Shown here: positions 48,614-58,073 of the stretch, one piece after another | How positions within the stretch are numbered: position 1 is the stretch's first letter | Layout of the letters: every line of letters begins with the position of its first letter | Assembly (NCBI GenBank): GCA_965248355.1 | Contig: OZ252098.1 | Coordinates: forward strand, 2,976,001 to 3,040,000 | Direction of reading: 5' to 3' | Source of the DNA: Candidatus Latescibacterota bacterium | GTDB taxonomy: Bacteria; Latescibacterota; UBA2968; UBA8231 | DNA: 64,000 bases | Position numbers and translations under genes: made by a program | The notes under the pieces: model-generated | Told to the model about the DNA's origin: nothing | The model's database searches: none | What the model saw: the letters and a program-made list of their open reading frames with translations, nothing else

Positions 48614-49342
48614 TCACTCCACCGACCCCTGCCCCAGCGGCTTGATCACCAGCTCCGAGACCACCACGTGCGGAGGCAGCCCCGCCACGTAGACCACCAC
48701 GTCGGCGATGTCCTCGGGCTGCAGGATGCGGGCCTTGTGCTCGTCGGAGACCTTCACCGGGCGCTGGTCGAGGATGGGGGTGTTGATCTCGCCGGGGGAG
48801 ATGACGCAGGCGCGGATCCCGTGCCTGGCCTCTTCGAGGTTGACCGTCTGGGTGACGACGGACATGGCGTGCTTGGCGGCGGAGTAGGCGGCGCCGGCGA
48901 GGACGCCGGGGGCGGTGCCGGCCACGGAGGAGATGGCGATCACGAGACCGCCGCCCTGGCGGCGCATGTGGGGCAGGACCTCGTGGAGGGTGTTGAAGGC
49001 GCCGGTGGCGTTGATGTCCATCTGCAGGTCCCAGTTCTCCGGGGACAGCTTCTCCAGCGAGCGGTCGACGACGTTGACGCCGGCGTTGTTGACGAGCACG
49101 TCCACGCGCCCGAACTCGCCAAGGGTCCAGTCGACGATCTCCTTCACGCGGGCGCGGTCCCTGACGTCGCCGGCCATGGGGTATGCGCGGTCGCCGGCCT
49201 TGGCGCAGGCGGCCCTCAGCCTGGCCTCGTCGCGGCCCATGGTGACCACGCGCGCGCCCTCCCGCACGCAACTCTCGACGATGGCGGCGCCGGCCCCGGA
49301 GCCGCCGCCGGTTACGATGAAGACCTGGTCCTTCAGCTTCAC
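48614..49342 (-). CDS. SDR family oxidoreductase
   Basis: VTGGGSGAG, VNNAG, YSAAKH and SPGEINT motifs; GTG start. Confidence 0.92.
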   Translation of the reverse strand: MKLKDQVFIVTGGGSGAGAAIVESCVREGARVVTMGRDEARLRAACAKAGDRAYPMAGDVRDRARVKEIVDWTLGEFGRVDVLVNNAGVNVVDRSLEKLSPENWDLQMDINATGAFNTLHEVLPHMRRQGGGLVIAISSVAGTAPGVLAGAAYSAAKHAMSVVTQTVNLEEARHGIRACVISPGEINTPILDQRPVKVSDEHKARILQPEDIADVVVYVAGLPPHVVVSELVIKPLGQGSVE

Positions 49343-50160
49343 TCCACCACCTCCTCGCCGAAGATCTGGGTGCGGTTCATGATGCGGCGCTGATCGCCGG
49401 GGAAGGCCAGGCGGCGGTGGCTCGTGGGCCGGTTGTCCCACATCACCAGGTCGCCCACCCGCCAGCTGTGGGTCCAGATGAACCGCGGCTGGTCCATGTG
49501 GGCGTAGAGCTCGGACAGCAGGGCGCGGCTCTCCTCCTCGCTGACGCCGTGGATGTGGTGGGTCAGGTGGGGGCTCACGTACAGGGACCGCCGCCCGGTC
49601 TCGGGATGGCGGCGCACCACGGGGTGGATGGTCGGCTCGGGCGGGTTCTGCTCGTCCACGTGGTGGCGGTGCACGGCGCGCAGCTTCTGCAACTCGGCCT
49701 GGCGCTCCGGGGGCAGGGCGTCGTAGGCGGCGCGGCCGTCGCACCACTGGGTGTCGCCGCCGGTGGGGGGAATCTCCACGGCGTAGAGCAGGGAGAGGGT
49801 CCCCGGCTTTGGCAGGTAGGAGAGGTCGGAGTGGAAGTCGATCAGCTCGCTGCCGAGGGCGCCGATGGGCTCGCCGTTCTCCTTCACGTTGGAGATGATG
49901 AAGATCTCCTTGACGCGGCGCTCGCGCTGCTTGCGGACGTGCTCCACGGGCCGGCCGAAGTACGAGGTGAAGCGCACCTGGTCCTCGTCGCTGATGCGCT
50001 GATCGCGGAAGACGAGGACGCAGTGCTCCAGCAGGGCGGCGCGCACCTGCTTCACCTGCTGCGGGGTCAGCTCCCGGCCCAGGTCGAGGCCGCGGATCTC
50101 GGCGCCGAGGGGGCCGCCGGAGGGCAGGACGCGCAGGTCGGCGCCGGTGGTGAGGGTCAT
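49339..50160 (-). CDS. TauD/TfdA family Fe(II)/2OG dioxygenase
   Basis: LGAEIRGLDL, FHSDLSY, GGDTQW, HPVVRRHPETG and WDNRPTSHR motifs. Confidence 0.92.
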   Translation of the reverse strand: MTLTTGADLRVLPSGGPLGAEIRGLDLGRELTPQQVKQVRAALLEHCVLVFRDQRISDEDQVRFTSYFGRPVEHVRKQRERRVKEIFIISNVKENGEPIGALGSELIDFHSDLSYLPKPGTLSLLYAVEIPPTGGDTQWCDGRAAYDALPPERQAELQKLRAVHRHHVDEQNPPEPTIHPVVRRHPETGRRSLYVSPHLTHHIHGVSEEESRALLSELYAHMDQPRFIWTHSWRVGDLVMWDNRPTSHRRLAFPGDQRRIMNRTQIFGEEVVE

Positions 50161-50177
50161 GCCGTTCTCCCAGGGTC

Positions 50178-50939
50178 TCAGACGTCGCAGGTGGCGAAGG
50201 TCGCTCGCAGGGACGCGACGGGATCGCCCTTGGGCGAGTACTCGTGGCCCACGAAGCCGCCGTAGCCGGTGGCGGCGATGGCCCGCATGACGGCGGGATA
50301 GTGGATCTCCTGGGTGTCGTCGGGATCGTTGCGCCCCGGGTTGCCGGCGGTGTGGAAGTGGGCGATCCACTCGATGTTGTCGGTGATCGTGCGGATCAGG
50401 TCGCCCTCCATGATCTGCATGTGATAGATGTCGTAGAGCAGCTTCACCCGCGGCGAGGCGACGGCCCGGCACAGGCGCGCCCCCCACTCGGTGCGGTCGC
50501 ACTGGTAGTCGGGGTGGTTGACCCTGCTGTTGAGCAGCTCCATGCACAGGTTGACGCCCTTCTCCTCGGCGTACCCCTTCACCCGCAGCAGGCCCTCCAC
50601 GCAGTTGTCGAAGCCCTCCTCGTGGCGGCGATCCTCGAGGTTGCCGGAGAACGTGATGAGCGACGGGATGCCGTGCTCGGCGGCCTTGTCGACGCTCTCC
50701 TTCAGCTCCGCCTCGATGCGGCCGTGGTTGCCGCGGTTGTTGAGGCCGTCGGGCAGCGAGGCGTGGCCGACGACGATGGCGATGTCGAGACCGTGGTCCC
50801 GCACGAGAGGCCAGTGCTCCTCGGGAAGCATCTCCACGGAGGCGAAGCCGATATCCGCGGCGGCGGCGATCGCCCGGTCGGGGCGGTCGAAGCCGCGGGA
50901 GAGGGGGCCGAAGCAGACGGACTGGCGGATCGAGGTCAC
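50178..50939 (-). CDS. Hydroxypyruvate isomerase family TIM-barrel protein
   Basis: MELLNS.VNHPDY, LYDIYHMQIMEG, HTAGNPGR and GHEY motifs. Confidence 0.9.
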   Translation of the reverse strand: MTSIRQSVCFGPLSRGFDRPDRAIAAAADIGFASVEMLPEEHWPLVRDHGLDIAIVVGHASLPDGLNNRGNHGRIEAELKESVDKAAEHGIPSLITFSGNLEDRRHEEGFDNCVEGLLRVKGYAEEKGVNLCMELLNSRVNHPDYQCDRTEWGARLCRAVASPRVKLLYDIYHMQIMEGDLIRTITDNIEWIAHFHTAGNPGRNDPDDTQEIHYPAVMRAIAATGYGGFVGHEYSPKGDPVASLRATFATCDV

Positions 50940-51030
50940 GGGGCGGGCTCCTGGGTCGCGGCCTGCGGCGCGGGACCGTCCGATCGGTATCCGCGCCGGC
51001 GCCGGGTGAGAATCAGGTGTGAGAGGATGG

Positions 51031-52212
51031 TCAATCGGCGGCGGCCCGCAAGTACCCGAGCTGCCAGCGGGCGACCTCGTCCTCCGGGTCCAGCTCGAGG
51101 ACCTGGCCGTAGCGGCGGGCGGCGCCCTCGGCGTCGCCCTTCATCCGCAACAGGTTCGCCAGGCCGTGGAGCAGGTCCTTGCGGGGCGGCAGCCGCTCCT
51201 CCAGGGCCAGCAGCTGCAGCTCGGTGTCCACGAGGTAGTCGGGCAGGTGCGGCCGGCCGCCGCTGCCCGCGAGGCGGCCCATCGTGCGCGCCACGGCGCC
51301 GCCCAGGCCGCCGCCACCGCCCACACCGCCGCCGCCCGGTGAGAGGTTGGCCTCCATGCGCTCCACCCCCCGGCCGGCGCAGCGCAGGAAGGCCTCGGCC
51401 GCCTCCTCGGCCCGCCCCAGCTCGAGGAGCACGGCGGCGCGATTGTAGTGCACGGCGGGATTGCCGGCGTCGGTCTCGGCCAGCTCGTCGTACACGGCCA
51501 GCTCGCCGGGGCGGTCCCCGGCCTCGTCGCGTTCCCGCGCCAGCCGGTGGAGGCGCCGCACCGAACGCCGTCCGGTGCCGGTGGCTTCCATGGCCTCGTC
51601 GCGGCGCTCGGGGGGCACCAGCAGGGAGGTGGTGGGATCGCCCTCCGGGGTGAAGGGGGGCCCGCGCAGCACGTGGGGGATCCCGGCTTCGGCGAGCCGG
51701 TCCGCCAGGGCCCGCACGTCGTCGGCCTCCTCGCTGCGGACCACGGTCTCCCAGTCGTCGAGGTGATGGCCCTCGCCCGCCTGGTCCCGCCAGTCCCGCA
51801 AGGCCAGGAAGGTTTGCAGCAGCGCCCGCGCCGGCTCGGTGCCCTCCACCAGGTAGGACAGACCGTAGCTCTCCTCCTCGTAGTTGTGGGCGACCCAGCC
51901 CCAGGCCTCGCGCTGCAGGAGCAGGGTATCGCCGAGGCAGTCGGTGAAGGCGGCCACCGCGCCGCGGGGGACCTCGTCGTTGACGAGGGCCGCGGCTTCG
52001 GCCACGGTGACAGTGGTCTCCCGGTCGCGGCCGAGGCGCACGGAGACGCGGTCCACCACCGCCTCCACGGTGAGCCCGCGGCGGTCCAGCTCGCGGCCGG
52101 CCTCGTCGATGAGGGCGGCCGAGTTGGTCTCGCGGTCGACGGTGAGGGCGCGCACGAGGCCGGCGTCGTCGAGGCCGGCGCAGTGCTCGCGGATGGCGTG
52201 GCGGTCTTCCAT
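51031..52212 (-). CDS. TPR protein with a central DUF2007-like domain
   Basis: ADRLAEAGIPHVLR...SLLVPPERRDEA (DUF2007-like) followed by TPRs (HYNRAAVLLELGRAEEA; YGQVLELDPED). Confidence 0.75.
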   Translation of the reverse strand: MEDRHAIREHCAGLDDAGLVRALTVDRETNSAALIDEAGRELDRRGLTVEAVVDRVSVRLGRDRETTVTVAEAAALVNDEVPRGAVAAFTDCLGDTLLLQREAWGWVAHNYEEESYGLSYLVEGTEPARALLQTFLALRDWRDQAGEGHHLDDWETVVRSEEADDVRALADRLAEAGIPHVLRGPPFTPEGDPTTSLLVPPERRDEAMEATGTGRRSVRRLHRLARERDEAGDRPGELAVYDELAETDAGNPAVHYNRAAVLLELGRAEEAAEAFLRCAGRGVERMEANLSPGGGGVGGGGGLGGAVARTMGRLAGSGGRPHLPDYLVDTELQLLALEERLPPRKDLLHGLANLLRMKGDAEGAARRYGQVLELDPEDEVARWQLGYLRAAAD

Positions 52213-52216
52213 CGCG

Positions 52217-52387
52217 CTACAGGGGCAGGCGGCGGCGGGGCCGGGGCTCGGCGGCGGCCTTGCCGCGGAAGAGGCCGACGACCCGGCTGGCCGCCCACCA
52301 GATGAGGACGAAGAGAGCGGCGAGGCTGTACTCGAAGGCGTCGGACTGGATCCAGCGGGAGAGCTGCCGGTAGAGGTCTTCGAGCAC
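52217..52387 (-). CDS. Small single-pass membrane protein (56 aa); absent from the ORF track
   Basis: GTG start; MLEDLYRQLSRWIQSDAFEYSLAALFVLIWWAASRVVGLFRGKAAAEPRPRRRLPL*; fills the gap between neighbours with 9-nt and 4-nt spacers. Confidence 0.65.
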   Translation of the reverse strand: MLEDLYRQLSRWIQSDAFEYSLAALFVLIWWAASRVVGLFRGKAAAEPRPRRRLPL

Positions 52388-52396
52388 GGCGTCGGC

Positions 52397-54043
52397 TCAG
52401 GCGGCGCGGGCGGAGGTGAACCCGGAGAGCAGCCGCACCAGGGACGGCTCCGGGGTGCCGCGGCCGGCGCGCAGCCGGTCGAGGGGGGTGTGGCCGCGGC
52501 GGTCCGTGCGCCCGGCGTCGGCGCCCTCCAACAGCAGGAAGGCCACCAGGTCGGGGTCGCGCCGGGCCGCCGCCCGGTGCAGGACCGTGGCCCCCGAGCC
52601 GCCGGCGGCGTCGATGTCGGCGCCGGCCTCCAGCAGCAGCTGCATGGCGGCGATCACGTCGGCGCCGCGGCCGCCCTTGAGGGTGTGGTGCAGGGGGGTC
52701 TCGCCCAGGCGGTCGCGGGCGTCGACGCGGGCCCCGCGGTGGAGGAAGAGCGCCATCGTTTCGAGGAACCCGGCCTTGGCCGCCGCGTGCAGTGGACACC
52801 GTCCGTCGGCCTGCGGCGCGTTGACGTGGGCGCCGAAGTCGAGGAAAGCCCGGGCGAGGGCCGCGCCGCCGCTGCGGCTGCGGCTGCGGATGTCGGCGGA
52901 GCAGGAGAGGCGCACCCAGCGCGAGTGCGCGAGGTTGGCGGCGCTCGCGGCCAGCAGGTCCGCGAGGGTGGGTTCGACGACCCAGGGGCCGGGGATCACC
53001 TGGGCCGGGTCGGCGCCGTGATCGAGCAGGAGCCTCACCAGGTCGACACGCTTCAGGCGGGCGGCGCGGTCGAGGAGGCCGCGGCTGTGGGGGCGCACCT
53101 CGGCGCCGCGGGCCAGGAGCAGCTCCACGGCCCCGATGCGGCCGGCGCCCACGGCGTGGGCCAGCGGCGTTACCGGCCATACGTCTTCGGCGCGCTGGGT
53201 CTCGTGGACGCGGGCGGGATCCGCGTCCACGAGGCGGCCCAGCTCCTCCAGATCTCCGAGGAAGGCGGCGGTGAAGACGTCCACCCGGGCGCCGCGGTCT
53301 CGCAGCAGGTCCGCCGTCTCCGGGTGGCCCCGCCAGAGGGCGGCGCACAGGGGGGTCAGCATCAGGTCGGCGCCCACGGCGTCGAGGCGGGAGGCCGTGG
53401 AGCTGAGGCCCGGCTCGCAGGGGTCGGCGCCGCGGTCGAGGAGAAAGCGGGCGATCTCCAGCCGTCCGCGCCAAGCCGCCTCCCACAGCAGGGTGCGGCC
53501 CCCCGGACCGCTCACCCGGGGCAGCAGGGGGTCGTCCTCGAGGAGGGCGCGCAGGCCCGGCAGATCGCCGGCGGAGATGCGGGCCACGGGCTCGCGGAAG
53601 AGCCTGCTGCGCACGCAGCGCAGGTCGCGCGGCATCAGGGGCCGGCGCTCCTCATGGTCGTTGACCACGTGCCCTGCCAGACGCCGGAGGGCGGCCATCA
53701 CCTCGGCGGCGGCCGGGGCGCCCACCTGCCGCAGGGCCCCCTCGAAGTGCTCCAGCCAGCGCCCGGAGAGGCCCGGGGTGATGAAGAGGTGGCCGTGGAA
53801 GCGGCGCATGCCGGTGCGGGCGGTCCGGGAGTAGCCCGGCGGACCGCCCAGCCACTCGACGAAGAACTCCTTCACCCGCTCCCGTCCGCGGTTGAGGTGG
53901 AACTCGTGGAAGAGCGGCTTCAGCTCCTCGTCGCCGGCGATGGAATCGTAGAAGGCGTCGATCAGGCGGTGCACGCCTTCCGGGCCGCCGAGACGGCCCA
54001 GCAGCGACGGGTCGGGGTGGAAGGGGGTCCGGGGGGCGGGCAC
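52397..54043 (-). CDS. Group II truncated hemoglobin fused to ankyrin repeats
   Basis: N-terminal LGGPEGVHRLIDAFYD...WLGGPPGY...MRRFHGHLFI...RWL, followed by about 8 ankyrin repeats (GRTLLWEAA, TPLAHAV, CPLHAAA, GETPLHH, GATVLHRAA). The GTG start is inferred. Confidence 0.85.
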   Translation of the reverse strand: MPAPRTPFHPDPSLLGRLGGPEGVHRLIDAFYDSIAGDEELKPLFHEFHLNRGRERVKEFFVEWLGGPPGYSRTARTGMRRFHGHLFITPGLSGRWLEHFEGALRQVGAPAAAEVMAALRRLAGHVVNDHEERRPLMPRDLRCVRSRLFREPVARISAGDLPGLRALLEDDPLLPRVSGPGGRTLLWEAAWRGRLEIARFLLDRGADPCEPGLSSTASRLDAVGADLMLTPLCAALWRGHPETADLLRDRGARVDVFTAAFLGDLEELGRLVDADPARVHETQRAEDVWPVTPLAHAVGAGRIGAVELLLARGAEVRPHSRGLLDRAARLKRVDLVRLLLDHGADPAQVIPGPWVVEPTLADLLAASAANLAHSRWVRLSCSADIRSRSRSGGAALARAFLDFGAHVNAPQADGRCPLHAAAKAGFLETMALFLHRGARVDARDRLGETPLHHTLKGGRGADVIAAMQLLLEAGADIDAAGGSGATVLHRAAARRDPDLVAFLLLEGADAGRTDRRGHTPLDRLRAGRGTPEPSLVRLLSGFTSARAA

Positions 54044-54045
54044 GT

Positions 54046-54972
54046 TCAGTCGCGGCGCAGCCACAGGCGAACGTAGTGGCGCCGGTCGGCTGCTTCCGGG
54101 TGATCGGTGAAGGCCGTGCGGTTGTGGAGGATCCAGTGGTTGTTGGTGAACAGCATCTGTCCCGGACGCAGGTCGAACTCGACGCGCATCCCGGGCCGCG
54201 CCAGGACCTCCTCCACGGCCTCGAGGAGGCGGTCCTGGGCGGGGCCCAGGGGCTCGCCGGCGCGCTGTTGGCCGACCTCGATGTAGTAGGCCATGTAGCG
54301 CATGGAGAGGTCGCCGCCCTGCCGGGTGAAGAGCCGCCGGCGGGCGATGGGCGGCTCCCCCGGCCGCTCCTGGCCGCGGCGGTCGAACCAGAAGTCGCCG
54401 TGCAGGACCTCGGGATCGACGGCAGCCAGGACCTCGTTGTAGAGAGCCAGGGCGTTGATCAGCTGGCTCCGTCCCCCCTCGAGGGCGGCGCGCCGGCAGA
54501 GGAGCCCCACGAAGTCGGGCAGCTCGTCGTTGAAGGCGTTGTCGGTGTGGAAGGTGCTCTCGGCGCGGGTCACGGAGAACCGGGCCCCGTCGGCCACGGA
54601 GCGGCCGGTGTCGCGCACGTCGTAGAGCAGGGCGCCGCCCACGTCCTGGGCGAAGGGGCGGCCCAGGAGCCGGCCCAGGGCCCAGTAGGCGGCCACGGCG
54701 GCGCCGCCGAAGCGGGACTCGTCGAGAGGCTCCAGGATGGCGAACCCCCGGCCCCGGTCCAGCTCCTCGCGCACCGGGTCCAGCTGCCGCGCGCAGGACG
54801 GCAGCCGGGGGCGGTCGAGGCTCGGCGAGTCCATGTCCTCGCCGCCGGAGAGGGCTTCCAGCTCTTCGAGGGACTCGCCGCCGAGGACGGTGGTCCAGGT
54901 CGAGGCGTCGTCGGCGGTGGCCGCGGTCCACACCCGCCGGCCGAGGATCGGCTCCATGGTCAGGCTCTGCAT
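54046..54972 (-). CDS. TauD/clavaminate-synthase-like Fe(II)/2OG dioxygenase
   Basis: FHTDNAF, VGLLC, GGRS, LRPGQMLFTNN, HNRTAF and RHYVRLW motifs. Confidence 0.88.
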   Translation of the reverse strand: MQSLTMEPILGRRVWTAATADDASTWTTVLGGESLEELEALSGGEDMDSPSLDRPRLPSCARQLDPVREELDRGRGFAILEPLDESRFGGAAVAAYWALGRLLGRPFAQDVGGALLYDVRDTGRSVADGARFSVTRAESTFHTDNAFNDELPDFVGLLCRRAALEGGRSQLINALALYNEVLAAVDPEVLHGDFWFDRRGQERPGEPPIARRRLFTRQGGDLSMRYMAYYIEVGQQRAGEPLGPAQDRLLEAVEEVLARPGMRVEFDLRPGQMLFTNNHWILHNRTAFTDHPEAADRRHYVRLWLRRD

Positions 54973-55120
54973 GGCGGGAAAAGATAGGGCCCCGCGGAAC
55001 CCGGCTCACACCTCTCCCGGTGGTGCGCCGCTCCCGGTGGTCGCTATCTTTGCCGCGTCATCGGGGGAGATCCGGGCGGTGACGACGGCGATACACAGTC
55101 CACTCCAACCGAGCCGGCCA

Positions 55121-56242
55121 GTGAACGACGAACTCGAGCGCGACCATGGCGCCGCCCCCCGGGACCTCCTGCGCCCCGAGGTTCTGGCGGCCTTCGACCG
55201 CGAGTCTTTCGAGCGCCAGGGCTACTGGGTCTGGGACGGGGTCCTCACCGGCGAGGGCCTCCGCCGATGGACGGCCACCCTGCAGCGGCTCCAGGCGATG
55301 AACGACGCCGTCCTCACCGGCACCGACTGGGGGGCCATCGACTACGCCGCCCGCGGCCTCCCTGCGCCCGATCCGGAGGTCCATACCCCCGAGTTCCTGG
55401 CCACCTGCCGCGGCGGCTCCGAGCAGATGCGGGTCATCCAGACGACCCCCGGCCTGCGCGACTACATGAAGGACCACGGACTCTTCGGGTCCGGGACCGT
55501 CCCGGCGGCCGACGGCGCCGGGTGGGAGGGGGTCATGCCCGAGTACTTCGCCCCCGCCTACGACGACTTCATCCTCGACGTCACCACTACCCACCCGCAG
55601 ATGATGGAGGTCTTCGGCAAGCTCCTGGGGCCGCGGTTCCTGCTGGATCACATCCTGATGCTGAACCGCCCGCCGGGGTCGACGGGCCGGCGCTGGCACG
55701 CCCACGGCTACCGCCAGGGCCAGCACGAGACCGAGGACGTCTACGGCGGCGGCAACGACCGCCCCCCGAAGCCCGAGTACTTCCCGATCCAGTGCGTGCG
55801 CACCCTGTGCTATCCCGAGGGCATGGGCGCCGCCGACGGAGGCGGCGAGCTGGCCGTGGTCCCCGGCGCCCACCTCTACCGCAGCCCCTACCTGTGGAAC
55901 ACCCGGCGCAGCGAGTACGACGAGCAGTTCGAGGCCGGCTGGATGCGGGGCCGGGTCCACGCCTTCACCGGGGAGCCCCTGCGCATCGAGCCCCTCTCCC
56001 TGAATCCGGGCAGCATGGTCTCCTTCGTCCATCACATGCCCCACCGCGTCGGCTTCCGCGACGACGACGCCCCCACCCGCTGGGGGCTGCTGATGGCCTA
56101 CCGCACGCCGGACCCGGATGAGGCGGAGCCGGCGCCCTGGAACGAGGGCGTCCCGGCCCACTGGATCGAGCGTTGGGAGGCCGCGGGGCGGATCACGGAA
56201 CCGATGCGCCGGGTCTTCGAGGGCGACAACCCGCCGGCCTGA
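55121..56242 (+). CDS. Phytanoyl-CoA dioxygenase (PhyH)-like protein
   Basis: FERQGYWV, WHAHGY, GELAVVPGAH, PGSMVSFVHHMPH and TRWG motifs. Confidence 0.75.
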   Translation: MNDELERDHGAAPRDLLRPEVLAAFDRESFERQGYWVWDGVLTGEGLRRWTATLQRLQAMNDAVLTGTDWGAIDYAARGLPAPDPEVHTPEFLATCRGGSEQMRVIQTTPGLRDYMKDHGLFGSGTVPAADGAGWEGVMPEYFAPAYDDFILDVTTTHPQMMEVFGKLLGPRFLLDHILMLNRPPGSTGRRWHAHGYRQGQHETEDVYGGGNDRPPKPEYFPIQCVRTLCYPEGMGAADGGGELAVVPGAHLYRSPYLWNTRRSEYDEQFEAGWMRGRVHAFTGEPLRIEPLSLNPGSMVSFVHHMPHRVGFRDDDAPTRWGLLMAYRTPDPDEAEPAPWNEGVPAHWIERWEAAGRITEPMRRVFEGDNPPA

Positions 56243-56290
56243 TCGGCGCCGCCGGCGCCGGCAGGGTCGGCCTACTCAGGAGCGAGAACG

Positions 56291-57160
56291 ATGGACACTT
56301 CCTTCACCAATTCGAAAGAGAGCCTCCCCGGGGCCCGCCGCGACGAGCGCGACTACGCCGGCCTGACGCGGGCCGAGCAGATCCGCGCCATCGAGCTGGA
56401 GGGCTACGTGGTGGTGCCCGACCTGCTGTCGCCGGAGACGGTGGAGACCCTGCGCCAGGAGTTTTCCCGGCTGCCGACCCGCGGCGTCGACTACAGCCCC
56501 CACCAGCGCGGCAGCCGCGAGGTCCAGTGGACGGACTCGCCCACGGCGATCGAGACGATCGGCCATCCGCCGACGGTGGAGCTGCTGCGCGACCTCTTCG
56601 GCGACGACCTGATCTGCACCTCCTGCGGGTTCTCGATGTCGGAGCCCGGACATCCGGGCATCGCCGTGCACACCGACTCCCAGCCCTACGGCTCCGGGAT
56701 CTTCGGCGTGCAGTCGAGCGCGCCCGTGCTGGCGCGGGTCCTCTACTACCTGGACGACCAGACCCCGGAGCGCTCCCCCTTCAAGGCGATCCCGCGCTCC
56801 CACCTGTCCATGCACCGCAACGCCAACCCCTACCTGCGCTACCTGAGCCACCCCGAGGAGGTGATGGTCTGCTGCAAGGCGGGCTCGGCGGTGATCATCA
56901 ACCAGAAGCTGTTCCACGGGAACTACCCCAACCACTCCGACTCGGTGCGCCGCATGTTCGCCATCGCCTACCGCCCGGCCTGGGCCGGCCCCATCGGCGA
57001 GGTGGATGACTATGACCCGGCCCAGGTGGCCACCCTGCCGGAGCCCATCCAGCCCTTCTTCCGCAGCCTGAACACGCGCGAGATCGAGTTCGACCTGCCC
57101 AACCGCCCCGACGGCATGGCCCGTGAGGCGGCCGGCATCGGCCCGAGCCGCTGGGGTTGA
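56291..57160 (+). CDS. Phytanoyl-CoA dioxygenase (PhyH) family protein
   Basis: ELEGYVVVPD, VHTDSQPY, YYLDD, IPRSH, KAGSA, FHGN and RRM motifs. Confidence 0.88.
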   Translation: MDTSFTNSKESLPGARRDERDYAGLTRAEQIRAIELEGYVVVPDLLSPETVETLRQEFSRLPTRGVDYSPHQRGSREVQWTDSPTAIETIGHPPTVELLRDLFGDDLICTSCGFSMSEPGHPGIAVHTDSQPYGSGIFGVQSSAPVLARVLYYLDDQTPERSPFKAIPRSHLSMHRNANPYLRYLSHPEEVMVCCKAGSAVIINQKLFHGNYPNHSDSVRRMFAIAYRPAWAGPIGEVDDYDPAQVATLPEPIQPFFRSLNTREIEFDLPNRPDGMAREAAGIGPSRWG

Positions 57161-58038
57161 TAGTTGTCGCGCGCGTGATCAAGTGGATCAACCTGCTGTT
57201 GGTCTGTGTCCTGTCCGTGCAGGCCAGCCTCGCCCAGGACAGCGGGGAGACCCGCGCCGACTCGCTGGTGTCCATCTCCCTGGCTGATGGCACCCTGATC
57301 GAGGGCACCATCATCGAGGAAACGGAGACGCACGTCCTCGTCCGGACGCCGGCCGGCCTGGAAGTAAGGGTGCCGAGAACGTCCATCGTCGCCATGGAAG
57401 AGCGCCGCCCCGGCGCCTTCTCCCGTCCCGACCCGAACTACACCCGCCTGATGTTCGCACCTACCGGCCGGCCCTTGCGCCAGGGGGACGGTTACTTCTT
57501 CAGCCATTGGGTCATCTTCCCCGGGGTGGCCTACGGTTTCAACGACCGCCTTGGCGTGGCGGCAGGTCTGTCGGTGATCCCCGGGGTGGGGTTGGACGAG
57601 CAGATCCTGTCGCTGGCCCCCAAAGTCGGCCTCTACGACAGCGACGATACCGCCCTGTCCGCGGGGGTGCTCTATTTGCGTGTCCGCGGCGATGCTGCAG
57701 GCATGGCGTTTGTGGCAGGGACCAAGGGCAGCCCCGACAAGAGCTTCACCTGCGGCCTCGGCCTGGGCTACATCGCCGAGGAAGACGAGGCCGTGGATTT
57801 CGCCGAGCACCCGGTCCTCCTCCTCGGCGGCAATATCCGACTCTCCGAGACCATGGCCCTGGTCTCCGAGAACTGGATCATCACCGGCCAGGATCGCGGG
57901 CTTGGCGAACAGCCGCTGGGCATCGCCCTGCGCTTCCTCGGCTCCAGGATCGCTGTTGACGCAGGTGCCATCCTCCTCCTCGAGGAGGAGGGATTTCCCT
58001 TCCCATGGCTCTCTTTCGTCTACAACTTCGGCGACTGA
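57157..58038 (+). CDS. Secreted/outer-membrane beta-barrel-like hypothetical protein
   Basis: Signal peptide (LLLVCVLSVQASLA), amphipathic beta strands and C-terminal PWLSFVYNF; start uncertain. Confidence 0.65.
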   Translation: MIVVARVIKWINLLLVCVLSVQASLAQDSGETRADSLVSISLADGTLIEGTIIEETETHVLVRTPAGLEVRVPRTSIVAMEERRPGAFSRPDPNYTRLMFAPTGRPLRQGDGYFFSHWVIFPGVAYGFNDRLGVAAGLSVIPGVGLDEQILSLAPKVGLYDSDDTALSAGVLYLRVRGDAAGMAFVAGTKGSPDKSFTCGLGLGYIAEEDEAVDFAEHPVLLLGGNIRLSETMALVSENWIITGQDRGLGEQPLGIALRFLGSRIAVDAGAILLLEEEGFPFPWLSFVYNFGD

Positions 58039-58073
58039 GCCACTCTGAGGGAACATGCTCCACAAGGCCGCCC

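Noticed and set aside
42129..48614. Integrative element boundaries for the ATPase island
   Set aside because: No integrase, tRNA target or flanking direct repeats could be seen.
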